A stretch of 64,000 nt of DNA from Paracoccaceae bacterium (GTDB lineage: Bacteria > Pseudomonadota > Alphaproteobacteria > Rhodobacterales > Rhodobacteraceae), in the NCBI GenBank assembly GCA_965221575.1, contig CBDCSM010000007.1:84358-148357 (forward strand). Reading direction: 5' to 3'. The stretch's first letter is position 1, and each line of letters begins with the position of its first letter. The notes below the pieces were generated by a model. It saw only the letters and a program-made list of their open reading frames with translations, was not told the DNA's origin and did not search any database. The position numbers were made by a program, and so were the translations under genes. Shown here in pieces: positions 40,296-49,706 of this stretch.

Positions 40296-40988
40296 ATGGA
40301 GGAGATCACGATCTTCGATGGTATCGTCGCGTTCGTGATGCTGTTCTCGGGAATTCTCGCCTATTCCCGTGGCCTGCTCCGGGAAACACTGGCGATCGCC
40401 GGCTGGATTGTCGCGGCGATCGGCGCGTTTTTCATCGCGCCAATGGCGACGCCGCTCGTTTACGAAATCCCGTTTCTGAGCGACATCATCGGGAGTTCCT
40501 GCGAGCTTTCGATTATCTCGGCGTTCATTGTCACGTTCATACTTGTCCTCATCGTCGTCTCGGTTCTCGTTCCTGTTCTTTCGGGAACCGTACGCAATTC
40601 CGCGCTCGGCGGGATCGATCAGATGTTGGGGTTGATGTTCGGGATTCTGCGCGGACTGGTGCTTGTCCTCGTCGTGCTGATCGTCCACGACCGCCTAGTG
40701 CCGAAGGGCGACGGAATTGGCATGATCGAAGACAGCTTGACGAAACAGCTGTTGTCGACGAGCCAGGCCGGAATCGAAACCCAGATTCCGAACAACGCGC
40801 CGAAGTGGATCATTGACAGGTTCGACGAACTCATGGTGTCCTGCCGACCTCCGGATCAATCTTCGACGCCGGGTTCGGACACTGAGACTGAAAACGAAGA
40901 ATCCGCTGGCAACGATTCCCAAGCGACCGAAAGTACGTCCGGTGACGGTGATGGCAATGCGGACTCAGAACAGGGAGCCGAGGAATGA
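40296..40988 (+). CDS. cvpA: CvpA family membrane protein
   Basis: 4 TM N-terminal region plus an acidic low-complexity tail. Sits in the conserved radA-cvpA-purF position. Confidence 0.75.
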   Translation: MEEITIFDGIVAFVMLFSGILAYSRGLLRETLAIAGWIVAAIGAFFIAPMATPLVYEIPFLSDIIGSSCELSIISAFIVTFILVLIVVSVLVPVLSGTVRNSALGGIDQMLGLMFGILRGLVLVLVVLIVHDRLVPKGDGIGMIEDSLTKQLLSTSQAGIETQIPNNAPKWIIDRFDELMVSCRPPDQSSTPGSDTETENEESAGNDSQATESTSGDGDGNADSEQGAEE

Positions 40989-41045
40989 AGCGGCGGTGCC
41001 GCTCGACCGGATGTCGGTGTACCGACTTGAACCGAAAGTATACCC

Positions 41046-42521
41046 ATGCACGTTGATGCGCCCGCATTTCATCCGGATCCGTTCGGGTTCGGGAAACCCC
41101 GGGAAGAATGCGGGATTTTCGGCATCACCAACAATTCGGACTCCGCGCAATTTGTCGCACTAGGACTGCATGCGCTTCAGCACAGGGGGCAGGAAGCAGG
41201 CGGCATTTGCGCCTATGATCGCGTCGAAGGATTCAACACGATCCGGCGCTTCGGATATGTTCGCGACAACTTCACCAAGACGTCGGTAATCGAATCCCTT
41301 CCCGGGGACCTTTCCATCGGGCATGTCCGTTACGCGACTACCGGCACGAAAGGTCACACGGCCATTCGAGACGTGCAGCCGTTCTTCGGGGAACTCAGAC
41401 ACGGCGGCTGCGCCATCGCACATAACGGTCACCTGACCAACGCTGATTCACTCAGGCGTTCCCTGATTGGCGACGGTTCCATCTTCCAGTCGTCGTCGGA
41501 TTCCGAGTGCATCATTCACCTGATGGCGCGTTCGAAGGAACATGGCATCCTCGGCCAATTGAAGGACGCCCTTCGCCGGGTCGAAGGCGCGTTCTCGGTC
41601 ATTGCCATGTCGCGGGACCACCTGTTCGGGGTTAGGGATCGCTTCGGCATCCGGCCCCTGGTGCTCGGGCGCGTGGGCAACAGCCATGTTCTCGCCTCGG
41701 AGACATGCGCCCTTGATATCATTGGCGCCGAGTTCGAACGCGAAATCGAGCCAGGAGAACTGGTGGAAATTTCGCCGGAGGGGATCGCGAGCCATTTTCC
41801 GTTTAAACCGGCGAACCCGCGTCCCTGCATCTTCGAGCACGTCTATTTCTCGCGGCCGGACAGCGTTTTCGGTGGCAAGTCGGTCTACGAAACCCGCCGG
41901 CGGATCGGCGTCGAGCTCGCGCGCGAAGCGCCGGTCGAAGCGGACCTGGTGTGCCCGGTCCCCGACAGCGGGACGCCGGCGGCGATCGGGTTTTCCCAGG
42001 AAAGTGGAATTCCTTACGCCCTGGGCATCATCCGGAACCAGTACATCGGCAGGACGTTCATCGAGCCGAGCGAGAGAATCCGCAACATCGGAGTCCGCCT
42101 GAAACTCAACGTCAACCGGGCGCTCATCAGGAACAAGAAGATCGTCCTGGTCGACGATTCGGTCGTGCGCGGGACAACATCCCGCAAGATCCGCGAAATG
42201 ATCGTCGACGCCGGGGCGAGCGAGGTTCACTACCGTATCGCGTCTCCGCCGACGACATGGCCCTGTTTTTACGGCGTCGACACGCCTCAGCGCGAAAAGC
42301 TTCTGGCGGCAACCATGTCGGAAGATGAAATTCGCGAGCATTTGCAGGTGGCAAGCCTCAAGTTCATCTCGCTTGACGGCCTATACCGTGCATGTGGCCA
42401 GGCATCGGGGCGTGACTCGTCGTTCCCCGCGTATTGCGACGCTTGTTTCTCAGGCGACTATCCCGTCCAGCCGCCTACGACGGCGAACGTCTCCCAGGAT
42501 CTTGCTGCGGTACAGGCCTGA
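41046..42521 (+). CDS. purF: Amidophosphoribosyltransferase
   Basis: Propeptide followed by the CGIFGI Ntn nucleophile. PRPP-binding motif VLVDDSVVRGTT. C-terminal Cys cluster. Confidence 0.9.
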   Translation: MHVDAPAFHPDPFGFGKPREECGIFGITNNSDSAQFVALGLHALQHRGQEAGGICAYDRVEGFNTIRRFGYVRDNFTKTSVIESLPGDLSIGHVRYATTGTKGHTAIRDVQPFFGELRHGGCAIAHNGHLTNADSLRRSLIGDGSIFQSSSDSECIIHLMARSKEHGILGQLKDALRRVEGAFSVIAMSRDHLFGVRDRFGIRPLVLGRVGNSHVLASETCALDIIGAEFEREIEPGELVEISPEGIASHFPFKPANPRPCIFEHVYFSRPDSVFGGKSVYETRRRIGVELAREAPVEADLVCPVPDSGTPAAIGFSQESGIPYALGIIRNQYIGRTFIEPSERIRNIGVRLKLNVNRALIRNKKIVLVDDSVVRGTTSRKIREMIVDAGASEVHYRIASPPTTWPCFYGVDTPQREKLLAATMSEDEIREHLQVASLKFISLDGLYRACGQASGRDSSFPAYCDACFSGDYPVQPPTTANVSQDLAAVQA

Positions 42522-42523
42522 GC

Positions 42524-43198
42524 ATGGACGCATTTGAAGGTCGGGTTGCACTAGTGACAGGTGCATCGCGGGGCTTCGGATTCGCAGTCGCCACGGCCTT
42601 CGCGAGCCGCGGTACCCACGTGATTTCGGTCGGACGAACAGTCGGCGCGCTCGAATCCCTGGATGATCGAATTCGGGAATTGGGCGGAAGCACGACCCTC
42701 GTGCCGCTCGACATTTGCGACGCGGATGGAGTCGGACGCCTCTGCGGTGAAATCCGGAAACGGTGGCAACAACTGGATTTCTGGGTTCACACGGCGGTTC
42801 ACGCGCCTCCGCTCTCGCCACTCGCTCATTCGTTTCAACGCGACCTGACCAAGTGCCTTGAGATCAACGTCGTTGCGGTCTCAGGATTGATTGGCGCAAT
42901 CACGCCGATGCTGACGCCCAGGACAGGGACAATCATACACGTTGACGATCAAGTTCACGGTGGAAAGTTCCATGGCGCATATTCGGCATCAAAGGCAGCA
43001 CAACGCACTCTCTTCGAAACATGGCGAGACGAGGCCGCGTTCGGCCATGAGCGTTTGCTGACATTCTCTCCTTGTCCAATGCCTACTGGCGTAAGGGCAA
43101 TGTTTTATCCTGGTGAGGATCAATCTTCGTTGAATTCACCTGACCGACAAGCTGAGGAATTGATGTTTCAAATCAGCATCATGTTTTCAACGTCATAA
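42524..43198 (+). CDS. SDR family oxidoreductase
   Basis: ALVTGASRGFGFAVA Rossmann motif and YSASKAA catalytic motif. The ATG at 42524 follows the purF stop. Confidence 0.75.
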   Translation: MDAFEGRVALVTGASRGFGFAVATAFASRGTHVISVGRTVGALESLDDRIRELGGSTTLVPLDICDADGVGRLCGEIRKRWQQLDFWVHTAVHAPPLSPLAHSFQRDLTKCLEINVVAVSGLIGAITPMLTPRTGTIIHVDDQVHGGKFHGAYSASKAAQRTLFETWRDEAAFGHERLLTFSPCPMPTGVRAMFYPGEDQSSLNSPDRQAEELMFQISIMFSTS

Positions 43199-43662
43199 AC
43201 TAAGCTTCGCTTTAAAAAATTTTTCATCCCAAAACGCCGCTTTCCGATCGAAGGACCCACTGTTTTGACGATCTGTGTTGCGTCAAATCCAGCACGCCGA
43301 TCCACGGCGGAAAATGCCGATCGGTGAACTACTGGCACCACATTACCTGAAAACATGCACTTTTGTCTCTCTCTCTCTGGAACGCAGGATCTCGCAAGGA
43401 TGAAGTCACAAAATTGCAGGATAAATTTGTGAGGCGTTCTCTATTGAGAGTGAAAATCATGAAACGACTTGCTTTGCGCCGTCCTTCAAAGGAGGTCACG
43501 CCCCATGTCGAGAAGAGTACCCGGTACCGTGCGCACACGGCAAACCCTTAACCGAAGTTTGACATTCGCAAAAAAAGGTGATTGTTTTTCAGTGGCTTGT
43601 GCCGACTGAACCGGCGGTTATGGCACTACAAGTCCGTGCCCGGACATGATGTCACCGACCCG

Positions 43663-44331
43663 TCATGCAACCATCCTCCGCTTCTTCCCGGGCTCGGGAT
43701 CAAGACCGAGTGCCCGATAGATCTCCCGTTGCCGGGGCTCCGCCCGGGTCGCCTTGCGGATGTGAATGACCCGTCCGTCGGCACGACGGAAACAGGCGGT
43801 GACCCGGATCTGGCCCGAAAGAATGTCCCGCAGCGTTCTCCAGCTCGCCGTCTCGCCATGAGCCCGAAGGCGGCTGCGAATGACCTGAACCAGCTGGTAG
43901 GCCAGAACGCTGATGAACAGGTGACCGTCGGACCGGACCTGCTTGCGGTGATACACGGGACGCAGACCCAGTTCGGATTTGAGCGAACGGAACACCGATT
44001 CCACATCCGTCAACATGGAATAGGTCCGCCACAGGGTCTCCGCATCCCAGTCGAGCTGGTTGGTGCGCAGGCAGTAGACGCCGGGATGGGTGAGCATGGT
44101 GCCGCTACGCGGTGTCCGCGTCCAGATGAGCCCGATCGCCTTTTCGGCATTCTCCGGATCGGTGACGACGTCGATACTGTAGTGCTGGCCAGCGCCGCGG
44201 CTCTTCTGCCGGATGCGTCCGATCCGTTGCCAGACATAGGCGACCTGCTTGCGGGTACGCGGTCGTGACAACCCGTCGTGCAGCTTCTGCAACTCGTTCT
44301 CGAAGCGCGTCATGAAGCGTTCGGTGATGCC
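43663..44331 (-). pseudogene. IS1634-like DDE transposase, C-terminal fragment
   Basis: ...ITERFMTRFENEL...YCLRTNQLDWDAETLWRTYSMLTDVESVFRSLKSELGLRPVYH.... It continues fragment 50633-51093 exactly once the IS21 element and one ATGCC copy are removed. Confidence 0.75.
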
Positions 44332-44524
44332 TGCCAAATTTCACCAACGTACCACCCGAATTTCATCCAACGTAGCCACCCAATTTCACCATGGTAGCCA
44401 CCCGGAGCGAAGCGACGCGATCAAGCTGAATTCGGCAAGCAGATCTCCTTTTCTGTTCCCGCCTCGAGGTTATTCCCCCGAAGGCCCTTTTTCAAATCCA
44501 TATTGAATGGATTGTTGTTGTTGT

Positions 44525-44658
44525 CCTGTGGAGCCTGTGGGCGAGAAGCCCGCGAGTGTGGTCAATGCGGTGGGCGAGGCGCCAGCCTCGTCCACGGCTT
44601 GTCCACACGTCCCGCAGGGCGCGGGCTGGCCCGAAGGGCTCGTCCACAACTCCACAGG
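44525..44658. repeat. 134-nt extended imperfect hairpin in the istB-to-terminus spacer
   Basis: CCTGTGGAGCCTGTGGGCGAG...GTGGGCGAGGC-GCCA-GCCTCGTCCAC...CTCGTCCACAACTCCACAGG. Nested complementary blocks were read directly from the sequence. Confidence 0.6.
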
Positions 44659-44753
44659 ACCCCTCCCGACCGATGCAGGGTTGCGTCTCGGCTCGCCGCC
44701 TCCGGCGGCGGCGCCGATTCCGCGTGGCGAAGCGCGGCCCCTTCTTTCGTCGC

Positions 44754-45509
44754 TCATTTTCCGGCCTCGGCGCTGTCGGCGCGCATTGATGTGCCGTGCA
44801 ACGCGAACCGGATCGCGCCATGGACGAGGCGGTCGAGTATGGCGTCCGCGACTGTCGGCTCTGCGACTTTCTGATGCCAGTCGGGCACCGGCAACTGGGA
44901 GGTGACGATCACCGAGCGGCGATCGAAGCGGTCGTCGAGGATTTCCAGCAGGTCGCGCGCCCGGGCCGCGTCGACGGGTGCCAGGCCCCAGTCGTCGAGG
45001 ATGAGGACGTCGAGCCTGGCGAGATCGCGGTAGAGCTTGGGAATGCTCCCTTCGCCATGGGCGATCCGTAGATTGGTGAGCAGTCGCGGGACGCGCAGGT
45101 ACTGGGCCTGGAAGCCTTCGAGACATGCCTTGTGGGCGAGCGCGCAGGCGATCCAGCTCTTGCCCGTGCCACACGGGCCGGTGATCAGGATGTTGGCGCC
45201 GCTTCGGATCCAGCTGCAGTCGCCGAGGCCAAGCACGACGCTGCGGCTGAGGCCACGGGGTCGTGTGAGGTTGATGTCCTCGAAGCAGGCGTCCTGGTGG
45301 CGCAACTGGGCCTTCTTGAGGCGCCGCTGAAGGGCGCGCGAGCGACGCTCGACCACCTCGCGGTCGATCAACAGTGCAAGTCGGTCCTCGAACGGCATGT
45401 CGTCGAGATCGTGGCGCGCCATTTGCTCCTGGAAGGCGGCCAGCATGCCCGGCAGGCGCAGTGAGGCGATGCGCTGGGTGAGCGGGTGCAGGATGGCAGT
45501 GTCGGTCAT
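44754..45509 (-). CDS. istB: IS21-family helper ATPase IstB
   Basis: 251 aa. Walker A GPCGTGKSW, Walker B LILDDWG. Its start overlaps the istA stop. Confidence 0.85.
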   Translation of the reverse strand: MTDTAILHPLTQRIASLRLPGMLAAFQEQMARHDLDDMPFEDRLALLIDREVVERRSRALQRRLKKAQLRHQDACFEDINLTRPRGLSRSVVLGLGDCSWIRSGANILITGPCGTGKSWIACALAHKACLEGFQAQYLRVPRLLTNLRIAHGEGSIPKLYRDLARLDVLILDDWGLAPVDAARARDLLEILDDRFDRRSVIVTSQLPVPDWHQKVAEPTVADAILDRLVHGAIRFALHGTSMRADSAEAGK

Positions 45510-46288
45510 CTGTAATACTCCGGTCCTCTGATATTCGAATGGTTGATGGGTGCAGTCTCGGGTTCCGGCTCGTCGACGAGATCGGTTCCGGTCCGCAGGA
45601 TGTTGTCGAGGCCGCGCCAGGTCCTGGTGCCGAGATCCAGCGCGTAACGGCAGGCGTTATCGAGGCGATCCGGCCCATGGGTCTTCGCCAGGCGGAGCAC
45701 GCCGTAGCAGGAGCGGAAGCCGAATTCCGGATTGTGATTGCGTTCCAGGATCGTGGTGACAAAGGCGTAAACGTGGGGACCGATGTCGCGTGCACGATGT
45801 TCGAGTTGTGTGCGGGTGTTCTCGACATCGGCGCGCTGGTGCGCCTCGGGCTGATGCTCCTTGAGCGTGGTGGCACGCCCCCTGGCATCGCTGCGCAGAT
45901 GGCTTGCGATCTGTTTGCCGCGGTAGAACACGTCGATCATCCGGCCGCGCAGGCGGACATCGACCTTCTTGCGGGAATAGTTGTGGGGCACGGAATAGAA
46001 ATGGCGGTCGATGGCAATATGGTAGTCGCGATGGACAGTGTTCTCGCGCCACACCGTCCGCTGCCAGCGCTGGTCCGGCAGCGGCTTCATGTGTGGGACA
46101 TCGACGCTTTCGAACCGGTTGAAGCGGTTCTCGCCCGTGCCGTCGGCGTAGGGTTTCCGGTTGACCTTTCGCACCTGGGCTGCAATTGCCCGGTTCAGCG
46201 ATGCCAGGTCATGGAAAACATGTTTGCGCAACGGCGCCAGGACCCGGCGGCCGGCCAAAAGGACTCCATTTTCGACCAGTGCCTTGTC
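45506..46288 (-). pseudogene. istA: IS21-family transposase IstA, C-terminal fragment
   Basis: The true IstA sequence starts at DKALVENGV...APLRKHVFHDLASLNRAI.... Upstream residues of the tracked ORF come from the inserted element. Confidence 0.8.
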
Positions 46289-46290
46289 AG

Positions 46291-46617
46291 TTGTTTCCAA
46301 ATGCGGTTGGTTCCGCGGTTGCGAACGAGTTTCGGGACGTTCGCATAACGCACCGGTTCCATCCGCTGCGGGGGCGTGCACTGCGGATCCACGACCGCGT
46401 GACGGTGCTCAATGTTCCGCTGGTTCGGCACCGTGTGGAGGGTCCGGCGGGTCCGGTCTTTGTCAGCGTTCCTGTTTCCTGGACGTCTCTTCGTCACGTG
46501 GATGATTTCGAACGCGTGTCCTCGGGCCGCAGCCTGCTGCGTTCGGACGATCTGGTGGCGCTTCGCGAACTTGTGGATTGCCTTCTGGCCGCGGTCGGGG
46601 ACCGTAATCAGAAATGA
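46291..46617 (+). CDS. Small conserved left-end ORF (orfL-A; possibly DUF5372-like), lacking its own ATG/GTG start in the integrated state
   Basis: ...VRITHRFHPLRGRALRIHDRV...VEGPAGPVFVSVPVSWTSL...LVALRELVDCL. It is homologous to the left-end ORF of cassette B. The only in-element start candidate is a TTG 2 nt from the element end. An in-frame ATG lies at the other end of the element (49694). Confidence 0.5.
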   Translation: MFPNAVGSAVANEFRDVRITHRFHPLRGRALRIHDRVTVLNVPLVRHRVEGPAGPVFVSVPVSWTSLRHVDDFERVSSGRSLLRSDDLVALRELVDCLLAAVGDRNQK

Positions 46618-46737
46618 TGGCGCTGTTTGATCATAAATTCGGGCGCTTTCGGCTTCCCCTTCCCGGCATTCCGGGGCACGGAGGACAATTTTATCCCGTA
46701 TTTAAAGGCTTTTCTGCGCAAATGCCGCGATCATGCC

Positions 46738-46767
46738 TTGACAGCGGTGGAGCAGGTAGCGTATTAT
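46738..46767 (+). promoter_or_regulatory. Candidate sigma70-type promoter (TTGACA-18 nt-TATTAT) inside cassette A
   Basis: Hexamers were read directly in an AT-richer patch about 35 nt upstream of the HTH gene ATG at 46800. Confidence 0.35.
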
Positions 46768-46799
46768 TTAGTGAACATATATCGGAAGAACGCGACCGC

Positions 46800-47270
46800 A
46801 TGGAAGACCAGCGCAAAAAGCAGGACCGGCTCAGGGAGGCCGGCACCCTCAACCGGACGCCGGAAAAGGTCGGCGATCCGGCGTTCGCCGCGGGCGACTT
46901 CTTCGATTCCCGCGACCTGCTCCAGGTTCGCTACGAGATGGTCCGGCTGGTCCGGAAGGGAGGCGCCACGCTCGCGCAGGCCGCGGAACGCTTCGGGGTC
47001 TCCCGCCCGACCTGCTTCCGCATGGTCAAGTCGTTCGAGCGTGGCGGGCTGCAGGAGCTGATCCCGGCGAAACGGGGGCCGCGCGGACCACACAAGATCA
47101 CCGCGGAGATGCTCCGCTTCGTCGAAGACCACAGGGAGCGGCATGGACGGGTGGGTGCGCGGCGGCTGGTGCGGATGATCGAGGCCGAGTTCGGCGTCAG
47201 GATCCATCCGCGCGGTCTCGAGAAGGCGCTCGGGCGGGATAAAAAAAAATCGCAGGAGCCCGGGCCATGA
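46800..47270 (+). CDS. Helix-turn-helix protein of cassette A
   Basis: 156 aa. HTH (ATLAQAAERFGVSRPTCFRMVKSF) followed by a second DNA-binding-like segment. An alternative upstream start at 46614 overlaps the orfL-A stop, but it spans AT-rich sequence that does not look protein-like. Confidence 0.65.
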   Translation: MEDQRKKQDRLREAGTLNRTPEKVGDPAFAAGDFFDSRDLLQVRYEMVRLVRKGGATLAQAAERFGVSRPTCFRMVKSFERGGLQELIPAKRGPRGPHKITAEMLRFVEDHRERHGRVGARRLVRMIEAEFGVRIHPRGLEKALGRDKKKSQEPGP

Positions 47271-47572
47271 TGCGCGCCGACGCGCCGCAGGTTTACGAGG
47301 GCTGGCGCCAGCTCTGGCTGTCGGGCGGCGACAGCAACGCGATCGCCGCGCTGCGCTACCACGGCCTGCGCCGTGCCCTGGTCATGGCCGGGGCCGCATG
47401 CAACCGCACCGGCCCTCGGCCGCCGCTGCCGTCGTCCGCCAACGTGGACCTGCCCGTCGCCAAGGCCGCGATCACCGAGGCCGCCAGCCAGGTCCGGCAC
47501 CTGCTGCGTGTTCCGACACCTCCCGCAAACGGCGGCACGACACGGGAATACGGGGAGAATCGTCATGTCTGA
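47267..47572 (+). CDS. Small hypothetical protein of cassette A
   Basis: 101 aa. Has an ATGA overlap with the HTH gene and an 8-nt overlap with the recombinase ATG. No family recognised. Confidence 0.45.
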   Translation: MMRADAPQVYEGWRQLWLSGGDSNAIAALRYHGLRRALVMAGAACNRTGPRPPLPSSANVDLPVAKAAITEAASQVRHLLRVPTPPANGGTTREYGENRHV

Positions 47573-49697
47573 AGCACAGACGCGCAAGATCGCACCGCAT
47601 CATCTGGAACGTGAGGCATGCCTCTACGTGCGTCAGTCCTCGCCTCGACAGGTCATGCAAAACACCGAAAGCACGCTGCGCCAGTACGGGCTGAGCCAAA
47701 GGGCGATGGCGCTGGGCTGGCCTGCGGAGCGTATCCGGGTGATCGATGACGACCAGGGCAAGTCGGGCGCCCACAGCGAAAACCGTGACGGCTTTCGCGA
47801 CCTCATGGGGAGCGTCGCAGCCGGCGATGTGGGTATCGTTCTCGGCCTGGAAGTCTCGAGGCTGGCCCGCGACAATGCCGACTGGCACCAGTTGTTGCGT
47901 ATCGCCGGCATCACCAATACGCTGATCCTCGACGAGACCGGCATCTTCGATCCCAACGACGTGAACGACAAGCTATTGCTCGGCGTGAAGGGGACCCTGA
48001 GCGAGTTCGAGCTTCAGGGGATCATGGCACGGCTGATCGGTGGCCAGCGCAACGCGGCTGCACGGGGCGCCCTGAAAATGATTTTGCCGATCGGCCTGGC
48101 CTACAACGACAGGGACGAGGTTGTGTTCAATCCCGACCGGTCGATCGTCGATGCCATCCGCCTCGTGTTCGACGGCTTTCGCCGCAGGGGTTCGGCGATG
48201 GCGGTGGTGAAGTGGATGCACCGGGAGAACATGACGCTGCCGTCACGTCCGCTGAGCGGTCCGACCCGCGGTGAGCTGCGCTGGGCCCTCCCGAGCTTTG
48301 CGCAAGTTGGCCGCATTCTCAAAAATCCCCGCTACGCCGGTGCGTTCGTCTACGGTCGACACCGTTCCCGGCGACAGGGTGACGGGACCACGACGTACCG
48401 GACCGTGCCGATGGACGAGTGGGAGGTCTGCATTCCCGGTGCTCATGCGGGATTCATCGACTGGGACGAATTCCTCCGCAATCAGGCCACCCTGGCGAGC
48501 AATGCCGCATCGTTCCTGCGGTCGGGCTCGCGCACTGCGGCACCGCGCGAAGGGGCGGCGCTCTTGCAGTCGCGGATACTCTGCGGCCACTGTGGGCGGC
48601 GCATGTTCGTGAACTACAGCCGCGCCGCCAGGGCGAACGGCGACACCCGAGCCCCGTATTACTACGTCTGCAAGGAAGACCTCGTCCGCTACGGTCGAAA
48701 GACCTGCCAGAGCATGCGCGGCGATCTGGTCGACATCGAGGTATCCCGCTTCGTGATTGAGGTGATGAACCGAAAGAACATCGACCTGGCACTTGCGGTC
48801 CAGGAACAGGTCCGTGCGGAGTTCGCCAGCGCCGATGCCCAGCGCTCCCGGCGCATCGAGGCCATGCGCTACGAAGCCGACATGGCGCGCCGCAGGTTCT
48901 TCGAGGTCGATCCCGCCAACCGGCTCGTCGCGGCTGCGCTCGAAGCCGAATGGAACGATCGGCTGCGTGTTCTGGAGGAGGCCTGTCAGGAGCGCGAAAC
49001 GCGCGCCGCGGCCCGCGATATCGAACTCTCCGAGCGCCAGGTGGAGCGCGTCAGGGAACTGACCCGGGACTTCGAGCAGGTCTGGCATGCTCCCGAGACC
49101 GGCAACACCGACCGCAAACGGTTGCTCGGGCTTCTGATCGAAGATGCGACGCTGACCCGGGACGGCTACGAGGTCACCATCGGTCTGCGCATGCGGGGCG
49201 GCAAGTGCCTGACACTCGAAACGCAGCTGCCGAGGCCGATCGCACTGATCCGCAAGACCCCTCCCGAAACCATCGCCGAACTCGACCGCCTGTTGGGGAT
49301 GCACACCGATGAGCGAACCGCGGAAGAGCTCAACCGGATGGGGTACAGAAACTGGAAAGGTGAGTGCTACACCGCCAAGCGCGTCCGCAGCACACGACAG
49401 ACATATGGATTGCCCAGCTATCGCGAGCGGGAAAGGAAACGGCTTCGTGACCAGGGCTTCGCGGACGCCGGGGAAATGGCTGATCGGCTCGGCCTCAACG
49501 AGGGAAGCGTCCGGAAAATGGGCAGGACCGCGGACGACCCGCGCGTGGAGCGAGCGGTCATTCGCACGGATGGGCGGACATATTGCATGTACAGGGCCAA
49601 CGGCCACGACGAATCGGCTTGCGGGGAGCCGGGAGACGACGGCATGATCCCGCAATCGACAGTGGAAATCCCAAAAGCGCAACAAGGTGCATCATGA
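47565..49697 (+). CDS. Large serine recombinase (cassette A)
   Basis: 710 aa from MSEAQTRKIAPHHLEREACLYVRQSSPRQV (catalytic Ser motif). Has a resolvase domain (GLEVSRLARD), a recombinase domain, a Zn ribbon (CGHCGRRM...YYYVC), a coiled coil and a long C-terminal extension. Confidence 0.85.
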   Translation: MSEAQTRKIAPHHLEREACLYVRQSSPRQVMQNTESTLRQYGLSQRAMALGWPAERIRVIDDDQGKSGAHSENRDGFRDLMGSVAAGDVGIVLGLEVSRLARDNADWHQLLRIAGITNTLILDETGIFDPNDVNDKLLLGVKGTLSEFELQGIMARLIGGQRNAAARGALKMILPIGLAYNDRDEVVFNPDRSIVDAIRLVFDGFRRRGSAMAVVKWMHRENMTLPSRPLSGPTRGELRWALPSFAQVGRILKNPRYAGAFVYGRHRSRRQGDGTTTYRTVPMDEWEVCIPGAHAGFIDWDEFLRNQATLASNAASFLRSGSRTAAPREGAALLQSRILCGHCGRRMFVNYSRAARANGDTRAPYYYVCKEDLVRYGRKTCQSMRGDLVDIEVSRFVIEVMNRKNIDLALAVQEQVRAEFASADAQRSRRIEAMRYEADMARRRFFEVDPANRLVAAALEAEWNDRLRVLEEACQERETRAAARDIELSERQVERVRELTRDFEQVWHAPETGNTDRKRLLGLLIEDATLTRDGYEVTIGLRMRGGKCLTLETQLPRPIALIRKTPPETIAELDRLLGMHTDERTAEELNRMGYRNWKGECYTAKRVRSTRQTYGLPSYRERERKRLRDQGFADAGEMADRLGLNEGSVRKMGRTADDPRVERAVIRTDGRTYCMYRANGHDESACGEPGDDGMIPQSTVEIPKAQQGAS

Positions 49698-49706
49698 AAC
49701 AAGAGA

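Larger units (their letters stand above)
46289..49706 (+). mobile_element. LSR cassette A: 3418-bp four-gene large-serine-recombinase element inserted in istA
   Basis: Flanked by CTTGTC at 46283-46288 and 49707-49712. Deleting the element plus one core restores IstA (...PRDKALVENG...). Its genes are co-oriented and translationally coupled. Confidence 0.7.

Noticed and set aside
43366-43378. (TC)n microsatellite in the AT-richer spacer after the SDR gene, plus a nearby 30-codon ORF (MKRLALRRPSKEV...).
   Set aside because: The repeat is short with no obvious function. The mini-ORF has no support beyond a weak SD.
46614-46799. Upstream ATG (46614) for the cassette A HTH protein, overlapping the orfL-A stop (ATGA).
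   Set aside because: The extra 62 codons cross an AT-rich patch that contains promoter-like hexamers. They translate to a sequence that does not look protein-like. The ATG at 46800 is preferred, but coupling at 46614 cannot be excluded.
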